The notes: generated by a model not told the origin, from the letters alone. A stretch of DNA of 64,000 nt from a virus (IMGVR_UViG_3300021387_001438:11359-75358), one strand, 5' to 3'. Shown: positions 50,144-59,142, counted from the first letter of the stretch. Numbers and translations are program-made.

Positions 50144-50720
50144 AACTGAATGAACCCTTACCGGAATTACGCCACTGAAGAAGTCCATTGAATTTTCCAT
50201 AATCTAACCATTCTTTAATTAATGGTAGGTCTTCATCACACAACATAACAATCTTAAATTTACATGTTGCACCGGCAGCAATTTCTTCAGAAATAGCAAG
50301 CGAGATTCTTTCACCCTGCATTGTTTGACATCTTAGAGGTCTCTGACATTCTGTGATTTCAGAATAATTCTCAATCACATTTTCTCTTCCTTCAACAAAT
50401 ACTCTTAGGTCAATATGCTTCTTGAAGGCTTTTAATTGACTAGATAGAGTACCTTTAACTTTTGATAGTGCTGAACATGCAGACTTGAAGAATCCTTTTA
50501 ACTGATAGTCATAAATAAATGGCTTACCATCTTTGGTTCTTGGAAAGAATGTTTTACCTTTATCAACAACATTATCTTTTCCAATGGCTTCAATCTCTTC
50601 TTCTAGCTTCTGAGCATCTGGAGCCTTACTACCGATGAATGAACGATATACATCTTTATCTCCTGTTTGAGTTCCTAATAAACCCTGTAAAAAAGTTACT
50701 TCAATATTTAATGTTTTCAT
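50130..50720 (-). CDS. Stand-alone Cas7/RAMP-like protein (Vipr-like), 196 aa
   Basis: TAAGGAG RBS supports MKTLNIEV at 50720; RAMP hallmarks LNIEVTFLQGLLGT, GKPFIYDYQLKGFFK and the G-rich loop YGKFNGLLQWRNSGKGSF. Confidence 0.75.
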   Translation of the reverse strand: MKTLNIEVTFLQGLLGTQTGDKDVYRSFIGSKAPDAQKLEEEIEAIGKDNVVDKGKTFFPRTKDGKPFIYDYQLKGFFKSACSALSKVKGTLSSQLKAFKKHIDLRVFVEGRENVIENYSEITECQRPLRCQTMQGERISLAISEEIAAGATCKFKIVMLCDEDLPLIKEWLDYGKFNGLLQWRNSGKGSFSWREI

Positions 50721-50802
50721 AATTTGTTTTAATCTCCTTAATTTATTATTTGTTTTAATCTTCTGAATTTTTTGGTCTTCACATCTTGGATAATCTACAT
50801 CT

Positions 50803-51103
50803 TTTGCCAATGCCATACAAAACCACACTTTACCATTACCGGACCGGACAATACTTTTCCATTGCACTTTTGGACAATACTTTACCAACACGACAGCCAA
50901 CTATTCTATGCTGGTACTTTACCAACACTGTTCCAAGCTATTCCATTACAGTACCATACCAAACCTTACCAACACTCCACTGAACAAGGCCTTGCCGTCA
51001 CAAATCTTTTCTTGGTATCACATCACCATCACAAAACCACGCTTTACCATTACCGTCACAACGCCACACCTCACCGTCACAACGCCACACATCACCGATA
51101 CTT
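50803..51103 (-). ncRNA. 5-nt periodic NGY-NN repeat array, upstream of the RAMP gene
   Basis: Minus strand GGT-ga-TGT-gt-GGC-gt-TGT-gac-GGT-ga-GGT-gt-GGC-gt-TGT-gac-GGT; steps 5,5,5,6,5,5,5,6; internal 21- and 26-bp period duplications. Confidence 0.75.
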
Positions 51104-51107
51104 TTAG

Positions 51108-51425
51108 TTACAAGAAATCTACGATGAAGTTTGTGATATATGCCATAAACAATACTTTATCTTTGGTATAGAACGACATATAGGTTTCTCCTGTCGACTT
51201 GTCACAGGTGTAGCAAGAATATAATCCGGAAGAATTTGTATCTGACGATGGATAGTCAAACACTAGTTTAACTTCTCTTGAATTACCATCAAGATTAAAT
51301 TTAGTTGGCAAATCTTTTTCTTTTAATTTTTCTGACAAAACCCGTTTGATAAACTGAACTGCCAAATTATCTTGTAGGTCTGGAGAATTAACTAATTCCG
51401 TCAAATTCTTAATTTCTTTCTGCAT
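51108..51425 (-). CDS. Hypothetical protein
   Basis: GAGGTGAG RBS; its stop abuts the upstream array. Confidence 0.6.
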   Translation of the reverse strand: MQKEIKNLTELVNSPDLQDNLAVQFIKRVLSEKLKEKDLPTKFNLDGNSREVKLVFDYPSSDTNSSGLYSCYTCDKSTGETYMSFYTKDKVLFMAYITNFIVDFL

Positions 51426-51463
51426 CTTCTCACCTCACTTTCTTTTTTGATTTTGGTAATACA

Positions 51464-51685
51464 TTAGGTCCAAATGAAATCTACTACATTTACTGTGATA
51501 TCATTATGCTTGTAGACTTCAACTAATTTATCAAGTGTAGATAACCTTATATCACCTGCAATATCTAGATTCTTTTCTAATCCAGATTGGTACACTAATT
51601 TTGCTTTCATGATTAATTTTTTATTATCACTTGACACATCTTTTAATGAATCTTTTACATTGATAATCATATTGATAACCTCCAA
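51464..51685 (-). CDS. Small hypothetical protein
   Basis: First gene after the promoter at 51728-51756; start may be the internal MINM after GGAGG. Confidence 0.55.
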   Translation of the reverse strand: MEVINMIINVKDSLKDVSSDNKKLIMKAKLVYQSGLEKNLDIAGDIRLSTLDKLVEVYKHNDITVNVVDFIWT

Positions 51686-51727
51686 AATGTAAATATTAAT
51701 TCTTTGAACTTCTAAACTTACATACTT

Positions 51728-51756
51728 ATTATATAATACTTTTTATACTTTGTACA
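51728..51756 (-). promoter_or_regulatory. sigma70-type promoter reading into the RAMP/array locus
   Basis: TGTACA-17 nt-TATAAT on the minus strand. Confidence 0.5.
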
Positions 51757-52058
51757 CATATTTTTAATAAAATTTTATTTTTTTTCTTCTTATAAAAATA
51801 CGTGTGTGCACATATGCACACGTAATAAAAAATAAAATATAAATAAGATATGAACATGAATAAAATAAAAAATATTTATATTCATAATGATGCACCCAAA
51901 ATATTTTGAATATATGACTGTTCAGAAATATTTATTATGTTTTATGGATTTTTAGTATACCTAAAATTTGAATACGATTATAGCTTGATTGTTTTGATTT
52001 TGGATTGTGTGTTTAACGATTTATAGGAGAATATTTTAGGCACATCATTATAAATATA

Positions 52059-52101
52059 AATATTAAATTTGATTGATTTGAATATTAAATTTGATTGATT
52101 T
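52059..52101. repeat. Tandem direct repeat, 21 bp x2
   Basis: AATATTAAATTTGATTGATTT at 52059-52079 and 52081-52101. Confidence 0.85.
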
Positions 52102-53158
52102 ATTTTCTATATTTATTATATATCATAACTTGTAAAACGTAAATAAGTTAATGTAAAAACAATAAATTTTATTGGTTACGATGAAACAAAAAACAGCGAA
52201 AATGCTATACTGGCGAAGCAGAATAGCTGGAAAATTAGGAACAATAAAAAGGAAAAGAGAATGAAAATTACTTAAAAAGTTACTTAAAAACAACTTAAAA
52301 ACTTTTTTTGAGATGAAAATTAGAGTAATGAAAATGATTCAAAAATGCTGATTTAAAATGTAAATATTCCGTAACTGGAACTAAGGACTGGTAATTTAAA
52401 CTTTCAATTGGAAGTTTTAAACTATTAAATAAATTTGTGTAAAAATGTGTAAAGAACTGTAAAAAATTGTAAATCAAAAATTTTATTAAATAAGTGTGTA
52501 AGTTTAGATGAAAAACAGAGCAAAGCTCTTACACTTTTTTTACACTTTTTTACAAAACTTTACAAATTTTGGATTTAAACTCACAGATACAAATTTATTT
52601 TAAATCTATAAAGTGGGTACGGAATACTTACGTTTCAATTTTTCCTTATATAGAATGTCATTCTATATATAATAAACAACCTTCTTTTTTTCTTTTATTT
52701 TTTTTAATAATTTAAAATATTTTAATAAAGAAAATATAAAAATAATAAATAAGGTATAAAAACATATATTTTTAAAAAATAATAATAATAAAGAAGTGGC
52801 TCCAGAGTTTAAATTTTAAATTTTTGGACTCATTTTTCATTTTCAAAATTTTTTTATTTTTTCCACAAAATTAAAAACTTAAAAATAATTTTTTGGTTTC
52901 CACAAAAATTTTCTTGCGCACACACGGCCACATGCACGCAGGAGAAATTTCTCATCAACTAAAATTTTTTCCGGAAATTTTTTCGTCACCACCAACTTAA
53001 AAATTTTTTCCTCCACTTGTCAGAAGACAGGGGAGGTGGGGTCCCTCTCTCCGTCAATTCTGTTTCAATAGTCAGAAAATTATTTTTTAGAAATGGTATA
53101 CTTTTTTTCTCCTTCGATATATAATTAAATAGAAATAATTAATAGGAGGATTCTGCTC

Positions 53159-53719
53159 ATGAATATTAATGATAAGTCAAATGGTTTGAAGAAGGTCAAC
53201 CATGAAAAAATTAAATCTCAATCAGATGTGTATGAAATTTATCTTGGTACATTCATCGACAATACTTTTACATGGTATTCAGTAAAAGAAATGAAATCTT
53301 TGACTGAGGCCTACAAAGAGTTTAAGTCTTATGTTAATACTCAGTTGAAGTATACCGACGAAGAACTACAGCAGGTCTGGGATACTGGACGACTTGACAT
53401 TGAATTACGTCAGGGCTCCAAGCTTTTGAACTGGGTCGGCATTTACTCCAGAGAAGTTAAACCTCTTGATAAGAAGGAAGAAAAAGAAGTTGAGAAGGGC
53501 GACATCAAAAATAAAGAAGCCAAGAAAAATAAAAAGGATTCTGTTGATACTGCCAAGCTCAGAGAAAAATTCTTCAATGATTCTGTAAACTGTGAATCTG
53601 TTCTATTAAAGACTCATTACCAATCTCATGATGAGTTCGTTGTACGGACACATGATGGTAAAACAAAGTGCCTAAATGTCTACGGCACAGATGAAGATTC
53701 CCTTGAGATTGCTGAATGA
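53159..53719 (+). CDS. Hypothetical protein, lone plus-strand gene in the minus block
   Basis: AGGAGG RBS, TATAAT at 53120-53125, own terminator. Confidence 0.75.
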   Translation: MNINDKSNGLKKVNHEKIKSQSDVYEIYLGTFIDNTFTWYSVKEMKSLTEAYKEFKSYVNTQLKYTDEELQQVWDTGRLDIELRQGSKLLNWVGIYSREVKPLDKKEEKEVEKGDIKNKEAKKNKKDSVDTAKLREKFFNDSVNCESVLLKTHYQSHDEFVVRTHDGKTKCLNVYGTDEDSLEIAE

Positions 53720-53767
53720 TATAAATTAAAGAATTACTAACAGCCTTAGTTAATTCATACTCCTAAA

Positions 53768-53805
53768 TAAAAGGCGGACATAAATTTTGCCCGTCTTTTA
53801 TTTTT
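53768..53805 (+). terminator. Intrinsic terminator
   Basis: AAAGGCGG...CCGTCTTT hairpin followed by a T run. Confidence 0.65.
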
Positions 53806-53876
53806 TTATTTTATCGATATATAAATTAATTACAGATGACAGAAAATCAAATCTGGACCAATTTTGATATGTCTGG

Positions 53877-54146
53877 TTAAGTGTGTGTGCCTAACCTGAA
53901 ATCTCTTTTAGTCAGAATTATCTCTTCTCCACACACAGGACACTCGCAGGTCCAGTACGGTTCCCAAACACATTCAGCTTCTCCGATATCGGTGTAAGAT
54001 AAATTACACTCCCTGAGCTCAGTCTCAAAAAGACATCCGTCATCATGACAGAGGACTTGACATTTGGGATTCTCATCGAAGAGCTTCTTGATTCCTAAGA
54101 ACTCTATCAGAGAATCCTTATCCCATTTCTTACGAATTATTTTCAT
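53877..54146 (-). CDS. Cys-rich hypothetical protein
   Basis: CECPVCG; ATGA overlap. Confidence 0.6.
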   Translation of the reverse strand: MKIIRKKWDKDSLIEFLGIKKLFDENPKCQVLCHDDGCLFETELRECNLSYTDIGEAECVWEPYWTCECPVCGEEIILTKRDFRLGTHT

Positions 54147-54493
54147 TCTTCCTTTGCTCCTTTCGTAATTTCAGTAAACTGACTCTCAAGACATGGAGGC
54201 CAATCATATTGATGGAACATTGGGTCGACAGCTTCTTTTGGAATAGCAGTCCATCTTCCTGTTGGGTCTGACTTATCTTCTTTCATTTCAACTACTAAAA
54301 GATATCCATTATATTTTTCTTTGCACTTATCACATGGCTCAAGTGAACAACAACATTCCCTTGGTGCTTCGGCATCACCTTTAAGCTTTCCCATGAGAGC
54401 AATGCCAGTTGTCTCACCACAGTAGAAACAAACTGTCATCGATGGATTAATGCCATGCTTTGGACTTAATAGTATGTCATCATTCTTCTTCAT
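54143..54493 (-). CDS. Zinc-binding hypothetical phage protein
   Basis: LSPKHGINPSMTVCFYCG, EPCDKC; GAGGAGG RBS supports ATG 54493. Confidence 0.65.
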   Translation of the reverse strand: MKKNDDILLSPKHGINPSMTVCFYCGETTGIALMGKLKGDAEAPRECCCSLEPCDKCKEKYNGYLLVVEMKEDKSDPTGRWTAIPKEAVDPMFHQYDWPPCLESQFTEITKGAKEE

Positions 54494-54722
54494 CTTCATC
54501 ATCCTCCTCATCTTCCAAGTCATCATAGTCATCTTCTTCATCATCGACGATAGTATATTCATCATCGTTGATATCATAATCACGAACATCTCCTGCGTCT
54601 GCTAAATCTTTTAAAGACATTTTGGCAAGCTTATCTTTTGCATCTTCTAAATTATCTGCTTCAATATCTATAGAAGATATCCAAGCCTCCACATTAATAT
54701 CAAATCTATAAGTCTTAGACAT
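54480..54722 (-). CDS. Acidic hypothetical protein
   Basis: GAGGAG RBS; D/E-rich tail. Confidence 0.65.
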   Translation of the reverse strand: MSKTYRFDINVEAWISSIDIEADNLEDAKDKLAKMSLKDLADAGDVRDYDINDDEYTIVDDEEDDYDDLEDEEDDEDEEE

Positions 54723-54723
54723 A

Positions 54724-54963
54724 TTACTTTTCCTCCTCTACTAAGAATTTCTCAAGTGATGTGAAACTAAATGTCCTTGTTGCAACAGGACCTTCTACTT
54801 CAGGATGTACAAAAGTATCTGAATCACGGCGTACAGGATTGTCGAATTCTACATCGACATACTGCTCATGAGATGCTGTGCCAGACTGCTTGTCTATCAC
54901 ATTTACGATTACTCCTTCTCCAAATACCTTGTGATTAACTTTCTTACCAATAAACATTTCCAT
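54724..54963 (-). CDS. Small SH3-like protein
   Basis: IGKKVNHKVFGEGVIV motif; AGGAGG RBS. Confidence 0.65.
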   Translation of the reverse strand: MEMFIGKKVNHKVFGEGVIVNVIDKQSGTASHEQYVDVEFDNPVRRDSDTFVHPEVEGPVATRTFSFTSLEKFLVEEEK

Positions 54964-54976
54964 TTTTTCTTTCCTC

Positions 54977-55231
54977 CTAATCATTAAAATGTTCACTAAT
55001 ATAAACAATATCTTTTTTCTTATCTATTAAAATAAATTTATCTACTTCTGGAATCACAGCTAGACTATTCCAAGTTCCATGTAGCTGACCATAGTCATCG
55101 ATGGAAAGTACGATGCCTTCCTTACCCTGAAATTTACTTGGGTCTTTTTCTCCTGAAAGAGATGTGATTCTGAGTGTTAAGCCTATCGGCATTTTACAAT
55201 CTTTGTATGGTAATACTTCTTCATATTTCAC
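54977..55231 (-). CDS. DUF4314-like protein
   Basis: GKEGIVLSIDDYGQLHGTWNSLAVIPEVDKF. Confidence 0.7.
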   Translation of the reverse strand: MKYEEVLPYKDCKMPIGLTLRITSLSGEKDPSKFQGKEGIVLSIDDYGQLHGTWNSLAVIPEVDKFILIDKKKDIVYISEHFND

Positions 55232-55539
55232 TATTCCATCTCCTCTATATTCTTAAGATTAAATTTATAAAGAGGGTAAGTACAGAATCCAGACTGAGCC
55301 GTCATACCTATCGACTTACCCAATTTATTATTTCTAATAAATTGCTCTGCCCAACTACAGTTGTTGGTATCAACAAAAGCCATACCTTTTCCAAGTGGGT
55401 AATTTAAATTTACTGTAAGCACTGCAAAGTCTTCATGAGTATCCTCATCCATCAATAAAATTGCTAAACTACCATTATTACAGTAGCTAGTTCTAAGTGG
55501 TTTAACATTAAATTCTTTTCCATAAGCATCAAGTTTCAT
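55231..55539 (-). CDS. DUF4313-like protein
   Basis: YCNNGSLAI, AVLTVNL, AFVDTNN, QSGFCTYPLYKF. Confidence 0.75.
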   Translation of the reverse strand: MKLDAYGKEFNVKPLRTSYCNNGSLAILLMDEDTHEDFAVLTVNLNYPLGKGMAFVDTNNCSWAEQFIRNNKLGKSIGMTAQSGFCTYPLYKFNLKNIEEME

Positions 55540-55545
55540 AATTTT

Positions 55546-56043
55546 TTATCCTCCAAATCCTACTCTTATTTTTTGAAACATATCTATTGGACATTCAACT
55601 CCTAAATTTGGCATTGTTAATGTCAAAAAGTTTCCATTCTTTTCTAGATGTACAAACTTACTTGAGTAATAACAATCTGATATAGTAAATCCAGAAGTCT
55701 TTTTAAACTTTTCTGGATGACTCTTATATAGATTTATGACATCTATAAAATCTTCACTAATTAATTCATCTTGTGTAAAGTATTTATATCCAGATATTCC
55801 TTGTGGTTTTTCAAACTCATCATAACATGCTAGAGGTATTTCATAATCAAGCTCACCATTTTGGTCGAAGACAGGTTCATTAAGATAAATAGTATCAATT
55901 ACTGTTACATCCCATATAGTTCTGTAGATGTTAAACAAAAACCAGAATAGGTCTGCTTCATGATAATACATAATATTAAAACAATCAGATGAATATTCTA
56001 CTCCGTATGCATCTTTAATATATAATTTAACCACTTTCTGCAT
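55546..56043 (-). CDS. Hypothetical protein (paralog family with 56362, 57368)
   Basis: GGAGGTG RBS; LYI...G and IPLACYDEF motifs. Confidence 0.6.
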   Translation of the reverse strand: MQKVVKLYIKDAYGVEYSSDCFNIMYYHEADLFWFLFNIYRTIWDVTVIDTIYLNEPVFDQNGELDYEIPLACYDEFEKPQGISGYKYFTQDELISEDFIDVINLYKSHPEKFKKTSGFTISDCYYSSKFVHLEKNGNFLTLTMPNLGVECPIDMFQKIRVGFGG

Positions 56044-56356
56044 TATGAATCACCTCCAAAAAATCATTTATCTGCTGTAACAAATCATCAAAGCTTCTGA
56101 CTAACATGTAGTGGGAGCCTCTTGCTCTGCAAAGTCTTTCCCACGTTTCTTGAAGTGTAGACCTCTTACCAGTTTCGGTCTTAATTTCTACTTCAATATG
56201 ATAACCATTAAGTGACATCCAGAAATCTGCAGAACCCTTTTTATAGTTTGCCGATGAAGCTATCCTTCTTTCGAACATGACTGGGATGCCACCTTTTTGA
56301 AGTTTCTTTAATCCTTCTTCAATCTTATCTTGAATTACTGTTTCATACTTCTTCAT
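56027..56356 (-). CDS. VRR-NUC domain nuclease
   Basis: GSADFW, IEVEIKTETGKRSTLQETW. Confidence 0.8.
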   Translation of the reverse strand: MKKYETVIQDKIEEGLKKLQKGGIPVMFERRIASSANYKKGSADFWMSLNGYHIEVEIKTETGKRSTLQETWERLCRARGSHYMLVRSFDDLLQQINDFLEVIHNAESG

Positions 56357-56361
56357 ACTAA

Positions 56362-56916
56362 TTATCCTTTTATAATAAAATGAAAAATATCATTTAGATT
56401 AACATTATGAAAGAAATTTGTCATTCCTAGAATATATCGTTGCGTATAACTATTTGATTCAGTATACCATCTTATCCATCCAGGGCTAAGCTTCAAATAA
56501 AATGTTTGACCTTTAAAATATTCATCATCTGTCTCTACTCCAGGAATGTCACGATTAATTTTGGCTTCATCAAGATTTTTAATTTGATTCCATGTATATC
56601 TGAAATTTTCATCAATATGTGGTTTACCTACATCGTCTTTCCACTTATATGGAAATGGTTTAAATTCCATATTATCATAAAACTCAGAGTACGATGCAAC
56701 AGGAATTGGATTATCTGGGTCAGATACATCGTTGATAATGATATCTTCAATTAATCCAAGAGATGTTCTTGGGACAAGAGATAACAGAATGTCTGGTAGA
56801 AGTATTGCTGTGGCTAATTCTTTTTGTTCTTGTAACCAATGATAAACTTGAAAACCACTTACTGCAAGGTCTCGACCATCATGTAATACAATATATAATT
56901 CTGCATCGTACGACAT
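56362..56916 (-). CDS. Hypothetical protein (paralog family)
   Basis: AELYIVLHDG...IIINDV..PIPVASYSEF. Confidence 0.6.
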   Translation of the reverse strand: MSYDAELYIVLHDGRDLAVSGFQVYHWLQEQKELATAILLPDILLSLVPRTSLGLIEDIIINDVSDPDNPIPVASYSEFYDNMEFKPFPYKWKDDVGKPHIDENFRYTWNQIKNLDEAKINRDIPGVETDDEYFKGQTFYLKLSPGWIRWYTESNSYTQRYILGMTNFFHNVNLNDIFHFIIKG

Positions 56917-56921
56917 ATTAC

Positions 56922-57266
56922 CTACTCTCCTTTCAATATTTTATTTATTTTTAGATTAACTGCTATTAATAAATTACTTAGCTCCTGCTGTACAGCAACA
57001 AGAGCCTGCTCAGTTTTGATACCATGATTAACCAAGGTCCGATTCGCCTCTTCTAAATCTTTGATACGCTGCTTATAAAGAGCTAACTGATTGTACTGCT
57101 TTTCTACTTCTACACCAAATATATTTTTAATCTTTAAGATTAACTCATCTGGCACAGTCTCTATATTTCTTTCATACTTTGAAATTGCCGATGGAGAACA
57201 TCCTAAATACCCAGCAAGAGTATCTAGGGTCATTCCTTTTGATTTTCTAAATTCTTTTAATGTCAT
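56922..57266 (-). CDS. XRE-family HTH transcription regulator
   Basis: LKEFRKSKGMTLDTLAGYLGCSPSAISKYE. Confidence 0.85.
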   Translation of the reverse strand: MTLKEFRKSKGMTLDTLAGYLGCSPSAISKYERNIETVPDELILKIKNIFGVEVEKQYNQLALYKQRIKDLEEANRTLVNHGIKTEQALVAVQQELSNLLIAVNLKINKILKGE

Positions 57267-57367
57267 GTTACAACACTCCTTTTTTATAAATTTTTTATTT
57301 AATCTACATATATTTTATCATATTTTTATCAAGTTGTACATAGTTAAAATGCAAATACTTACATTTT

Positions 57368-57955
57368 TTAAAGTTCTTTACCATTATCATTATAATTAAT
57401 ACATTTTAGGAACTTTTCTAAATTAAATACATCTGAGTCCGAATCTACATCAATAATTTTAATATAGCAGTCTTGAGAAATTTTTATTAATAGGTCTGAA
57501 TAATCTCCTGGATGACCATCATCAGTGTAGCTTATTTCTACAAATTTACTATCAGATACACGATAATGTGGACTAAGCATTATCTTTTGATTCCTAGGAA
57601 ACTTATGATTCCTATGCATAGTTAATAGACTATAACCAAATGGATTTTGCAACTTATTTAATCTATACATTACACAATTTAATGGATTAAATGTTGAACT
57701 TATTAATTCAGACATACAAACTAATGGAACAATCTCTCCATCATCTGTAACCGTATTGATATAAATGTCTTTGATAGGGATAAGACCTTCTCCAGAATGA
57801 TTCGGAATATCTGCCCACATACCAAAGATTGAATCAGATATTTCACCTATGATTGCTTCTAGGTGCTCATCTGTTTGATATTTTATTTCGATTGAGGTGG
57901 AATAAGATTCACCATGATTAAACTCTATGTAGAGTTCTGCGTGTTTAATTAACAT
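57368..57955 (-). CDS. Hypothetical protein (paralog family)
   Basis: AELYIEFNHG...IYINTV..IVPLVCMSEL. Confidence 0.6.
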   Translation of the reverse strand: MLIKHAELYIEFNHGESYSTSIEIKYQTDEHLEAIIGEISDSIFGMWADIPNHSGEGLIPIKDIYINTVTDDGEIVPLVCMSELISSTFNPLNCVMYRLNKLQNPFGYSLLTMHRNHKFPRNQKIMLSPHYRVSDSKFVEISYTDDGHPGDYSDLLIKISQDCYIKIIDVDSDSDVFNLEKFLKCINYNDNGKEL

Positions 57956-57957
57956 AT

Positions 57958-58338
57958 TTAATCACCATCCATTTCTAATTTGGCACGTAACTCACGAAGC
58001 TCTTTTCTCTTTTGTTCTTCGACGACTTCTCTAATTAGCTCTTTAACAACATCTCTGGTGATTCCATTAAAGGATTCATTACCAAGCATCACAAAGTTAG
58101 AATAGTACTTTGGTTTGTTTCCAAGCTTTAATAAATTTTTAATTTTTATTTTTGACTGCATAATACTTCTTGCATACTTAACATTTTCATATATGTAGTA
58201 TGTAACAGATTGGTCAGGATGTGAACCATACACATATTTTCTTTTAGCAGATGGTTCATATTCTATTTCGACATTGATAGGTAGATTTTGTCTACGAGTA
58301 GTACGATGCACTAATATCCATTCAGCTCCCATTATCAA
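57958..58338 (-). CDS. Hypothetical protein
   Basis: ORF in operon. Confidence 0.6.
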   Translation of the reverse strand: MIMGAEWILVHRTTRRQNLPINVEIEYEPSAKRKYVYGSHPDQSVTYYIYENVKYARSIMQSKIKIKNLLKLGNKPKYYSNFVMLGNESFNGITRDVVKELIREVVEEQKRKELRELRAKLEMDGD

Positions 58339-58348
58339 TCACCGTCCT

Positions 58349-58786
58349 CTATAAATTTTTATAATTTATTTTTAACCAATTTTTAATATCTTCTTCATAA
58401 TTATAAACATTGTTTGATTTATTTAAATCTACAAAATCATTAAGGTCATTTAATAAATCATCAATATTTTTATAACTACTAAAAAATTCATGATATCCAT
58501 AAAATGATGGTCTTTCAAATTCAAAATTATTTACTATTTTCCACTTTGCTCCTTTTTTAGATTCTTTTATAAGCAATCTAAAATGATAAAATTCATAATC
58601 TGTTGATACCATTGTATCTAAAAGGTACTTAATTGCATTAGCATAATTTTTAAATTCAAATTCTTTAAAGTATTGATGATAACTACTATCATTACAATCA
58701 TCACTTATAACATTTATCATCCACTTACCTTCACCATTATTATTTAAAATATCATTAATTTCATTAGGCATCATAATTTTTTCCAT
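58349..58786 (-). CDS. Hypothetical protein
   Basis: AAGGAG RBS. Confidence 0.6.
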   Translation of the reverse strand: MEKIMMPNEINDILNNNGEGKWMINVISDDCNDSSYHQYFKEFEFKNYANAIKYLLDTMVSTDYEFYHFRLLIKESKKGAKWKIVNNFEFERPSFYGYHEFFSSYKNIDDLLNDLNDFVDLNKSNNVYNYEEDIKNWLKINYKNL

Positions 58787-58801
58787 AATTTTTTTCTCCT
58801 T

Positions 58802-59131
58802 TTAATTTTTTTCATGGATTGCTGCATGGCATTCATGACATACAGCCATCAAATTTTCTCTTGAATGGTTTGCACCACCGATATTTACTGGAACAATGTG
58901 ATGTACTTCTGTTGCAGGAGCACCACACATTTTACATGTTGGATTAAGAGATATGAATTTGTCACGGATACGCTTCCATGCTTTACCATATTTCTTCGAT
59001 GTAACAATCTTATGAAATCCAAACTCTTCAAGTAGGGATGTCATCTCTTCTTTACTAAGATTAACTTTGACGGATGATTCCCCTAAGGGAACCATCCTAA
59101 TTTTTCTTTTCTTATCATCGATAAATCTCAT
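58802..59131 (-). CDS. HNH endonuclease
   Basis: CKMCG..ATEVHHIVP..IGGANHSRENLMAVCHECH; start set at MRFIDD from the GGTGA RBS. Confidence 0.85.
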   Translation of the reverse strand: MRFIDDKKRKIRMVPLGESSVKVNLSKEEMTSLLEEFGFHKIVTSKKYGKAWKRIRDKFISLNPTCKMCGAPATEVHHIVPVNIGGANHSRENLMAVCHECHAAIHEKN

Positions 59132-59142
59132 AACATCACCTG

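Noticed and set aside
50721-50900. 60-aa N-terminal extension of the RAMP ORF
   Set aside because: It is the upstream array and leader read in frame; a strong TAAGGAG RBS precedes ATG 50720.
49462-51103. Classical CRISPR array, TIGR-type array or DGR template
   Set aside because: No constant 25-45-nt repeat with unique spacers, no box C/D motifs or Nop-domain gene, and no reverse transcriptase seen in the window.
50772-51171. Plus-strand ORFs 50772-51107, 50786-50983 and 50908-51171
   Set aside because: H/T/P/Y-rich shadow frames caused by the C/A-rich strand of the array; no RBS.
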